A stretch of DNA of 64,000 bases from Eledone cirrhosa (lineage: Eukaryota): positions 142,538,001 through 142,602,000 of the forward strand of contig OZ024743.1 in the NCBI GenBank assembly GCA_964016885.1. The letters run 5' to 3'. The notes under the pieces were generated by a model. That model ran no database searches. It was given only the letters and a program-made list of their open reading frames with translations, and was not told the DNA's origin. Shown here piece by piece: positions 60,801 to 64,000 of this stretch (within the stretch, counting starts at the first letter, position 1; each line of letters starts with the position of its first letter). The position numbers and the translations under genes were made by a program.

Positions 60801-63800
60801 CAAACAACCAAGCACCAAACACCAAACACCAAGCACCAGGCACCAAGCACCAAACACCAAGCACCAGACACCAAGCACCAAACACCAAGCCCCTAGCACC
60901 AAACACCAAGCAGCAAGCAGCAAGCACCAAACACCAAACACCAAGCACCAAGCACCAAATACCAAACACCAAGCACCAAGGACCAAACATCAAACACCAA
61001 GCACCAAGCCCCTAGCACCAAACACCAAGCAGCAAGCATCAAGCACCAAACACCAAACACCAAGCACCAGGCACCAAATACCAAACACCAAGCACCAAGG
61101 ACCAAACATCAAACACCAAGCACCAAGCACCAAACGCCTAACACCAAGCACCAAGCACCATGCACCAAGCACCAAACACCAAGCACCAATCACCAAACAC
61201 CAAACAGCAAGCACCAAACACCAAGCACCAGGCACCAAACACCAAACACCAAGCACCAAGCACCAAACACCAAGCACCAAACTCCAAACACAAAACACCA
61301 AGCACCAAGCAGCAAGCACCAAACACCAAACACCAAGCACCAAGCACCAAACACCAAACACCAAGCACCAAGAACCTAACATCAAACACCAATCACCAAG
61401 CACCAAACACCTAACACCAAGCACCAAGCACCAAGCACCAAGCACCAAACACCAAGCACCAAACACAAAGCACCAAGCACCAAACACCAAGCACCAAGCA
61501 CCAAACACCATGCACCAAGCACCAAACACCAAACCCCAAGCACCAAACACCAAACCCCAAGCACCAAGCACCAAACACTAATCACCAAGCACCAAGCACC
61601 AAACAACAAGCACCAAGCACCAAGCACCAGGCACCAAGCACCAAGCACCAAACACTAATCACCAAGCACCAAGCACCAAGCACCAAACACCAAGCACCAA
61701 GCACCAAGCGCCAAACACCAAGCACCAAGCACCAAACACCAAAGACCAAGCACCAAAGACCAAGCACCAAGCACCAAGCACCAAACACCAAACCCCAAGC
61801 ACCAAACACCAAACCGCAAGCACCAAGCACCAAACACTAATCACCAAGCACCAAGCACCAAACAACAAGCACCAAACACCATACACCAAACACCAAGCAC
61901 CAAGCACCAAGCACCAAACACCAAGCACCAAACACTAAGCACCAAACACCAAGCCCCAAGCACCAAGCACCAAACACCAAACACCAAGCACCAAGCACCA
62001 AACACCAAGCACAAAACACCAAGCACCAAACACCAAACACTAAGTCCCACGCACCAAGCACCAAACACCAAACAGCAAGCACCAAGCACCAAACATCAAG
62101 CATCAAGCACCAAGCCCCTAGCACCAAACACCAAACACCAAGCACCAAGCATAAAACACCAAGCACCAATCACCAAGCACCAAACACCAAGCAGCAAGCA
62201 GCAAGCACCAAACACCAAACACCAAGCACCAAGCACCAAACACCAAACAACAAGCACCAAGGACCAAACATCAAACACCAAGCACCAAGCACCAAACACC
62301 TAACACCAAGCACCAAGAACCAAGCACCAAACACCAAGCACCAAACACCAAGCACCAAACACCAAATACCAAGCACCAAGCACCAAGCACGAAACACCAG
62401 ACACCCCAGCACCAAGCACCAAACTCCAAACACCAAGCACCAAGCACCAGCCACCAAGCACCAAGCACCAAACACCAAACACCAAGCACTAAGCACCAAA
62501 CACCAAACAACAAGCCCCAGGCACCAAGCACCAAACACCAAACACCAAGCACGCAGCACCAAACACCAAGCACCAAGCACCAAGCACCAAACACCAAGCA
62601 CCAAGCACCAAGCACCAAACACCAAATACCAAACACCAAGCACCAAGGACCAAACACCAAACACCAAACAGCAAGCACCAAGCACCAAACACCAAGCCCC
62701 AAACACCAAACCCCAAGCACCAATCACCAAACACTAATCACCAAGCACCAAGCACCAAACACCAAGCACCAAGCAGCAAGCACCAAACACCAAGCACCAA
62801 GCACCAAGCACCAAACACCAAGCACCAAGCACCAAACACCAAAACCCAAGCACCAAAGACCAAGCACCAAGCACCAAGGACCAAACACCAAGCACCAAGC
62901 ACCAAGCACCAAACACCAAGCACCAAGCACCAAACACCCAGCACCAAGCACCAAGCACCAAACACCAAGCACCAAACACCAAACACCAAGCACCAAGCAC
63001 CAAACAGCAAGCACCAAACACCAAACACCAAACAGCAAACACCAAACAGCAAACACCAACCACCAAACAGCAAACAGCAAACGCCAAACACCAAGCACCA
63101 AGCACCAAGCACCAAACACCAAGCACCAAGCACCAAGCACACAACACCAAACACCAAGCACCAAGGACCAAACATCAAACACCAAGCACCAAGCACCAAA
63201 CACCAAACACCAAGCACCAAGCACCAAGCACCAAGCACCGAACACCAAGCACCAAACAACAAGCACCAAACACCAAGCACCAAACACCAAACACCAAGCA
63301 CCAGGCACCAAGCACCAAACACCAAGCACCAAACACCAAGCACCAAACACCAAGTCCCACGCACCAAGCACCAAACACCAAACACCAAGCACCAAGCACC
63401 AAACACGAAACACCAAGCACCAAGCCCCTAGCACCAAACACCAAGCAGCAAGCAGCAAGCACCGAACACCAAACACCAAGCACCAAGCACCAACCACCAA
63501 ACACCAAGCACCAAGCACAAAATACCAAACACCAAGCACAATGGACCAAACATCAAACACCAAGCACCAAGGACCAAACGCCTAACACCAAGCACCAAGC
63601 ACCAAGCACCAAGCACCAAACACCAAGCACCAATCACCAAACACCAAACACCAAGCACCGAACACCAAACACCAAGCACCAAGCACCAAACACCAAACAC
63701 CAAGCACGCAGCATCAAACACCAAACACAAAACACCAAGCACCAAGCACCAAGCAGCAAACACCAAGCATCAAACACCAAACAGCAAACACCAAGCACCA

Positions 63801-64000
63801 AACACCAAGCACCAAGCACCAAACACCAAACACCAAGCACCAAACACCAAACATCAAGCACCAAGCGCCAAACACCAAACAACAAGCACCAGGCACCAAG
63901 CTCCAAACACCAAACACCAAGCACCAAGCACCAAACACCAAACACCAAGCACGCAGCATCAAACACCAAGCACCAAACACCAAGCACCAAGCACCAAGCA

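Larger units (their letters stand above)
1..64000. repeat. Heptamer tandem satellite (CACCAAG/CACCAAA)n, ~9,100 units, single orientation, runs off both window ends
   Basis: Directly visible on every line: CACCAAG and CACCAAA units interleaved with scattered substitution variants. No unique insertion or inversion seen. The + strand is A/C-rich and almost T-free. Confidence 0.99.

Noticed and set aside
409-62745. CRISPR-like arrangement with the punctuation motif as the repeat
   Set aside because: The intervening sequence is the same satellite, hundreds to thousands of bp long and not unique. There are no cas genes or leader.
170-63990. Hundreds of minus-strand WCLVLG[AV] ORFs resembling hydrophobic Cys/Trp-rich membrane proteins
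   Set aside because: They overlap in all three frames with the same peptide, have no unique domains, and begin or end wherever variants create starts or stops. This is the expected translation of a stop-free heptamer.
1-64000. Bacterial heptamer repeats (cyanobacterial STRR type) or a contingency locus
   Set aside because: Those are short tracts beside genes. Here 64 kb contains no gene.
1-64000. Synthetic or sequencing-noise artefact
   Set aside because: Variants are overwhelmingly substitutions shared in nested, phylogenetically coherent patterns with very few indels, unlike basecalling noise. Individual near-identical duplications could still be assembly errors.
1-64000. Canonical G-quadruplex array
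   Set aside because: The consensus has only GG with 5-nt spacers. Longer G runs occur only at sparse variants, so at most weak two-tier structures are possible.
1-64000. Embedded transposon, tRNA/rRNA, inverted repeat or promoter
   Set aside because: No departure from the heptamer register longer than a few units and no reverse-orientation (TTGGTG) segment were seen on the + strand.

Overview
The whole 64 kb window is one uninterrupted, single-orientation heptamer satellite of about 9,100 units, consensus CACCAAR (two interleaved variants, CACCAAG and CACCAAA; minus strand YTTGGTG). I see no unique sequence, credible gene, RNA gene, transposon or CRISPR array. The hundreds of ORFs are expected artefacts of a stop-free 7-mer (KHQAPST-like on +, WCLVLG[AV]-like on -). 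The real structure lies above the monomer. Rare variant units form landmark modules of several hundred bp that recur in reshuffled order. The array grew by nested head-to-tail duplications (about 0.2, 0.3, 0.76, 1.27, 1.3, 1.5, 2.0, 2.5, 2.8, 4.0 and 6.2 kb) that stay in 7-bp register. Some blocks reappear 41-60 kb away. The best reading is eukaryotic heterochromatic (centromeric, pericentromeric or subtelomeric) satellite with irregular higher-order repeats. I cannot name the organism or family, and I find no evidence of a protein-coding system. Block boundaries were read by eye and are approximate (about +/-50 bp).
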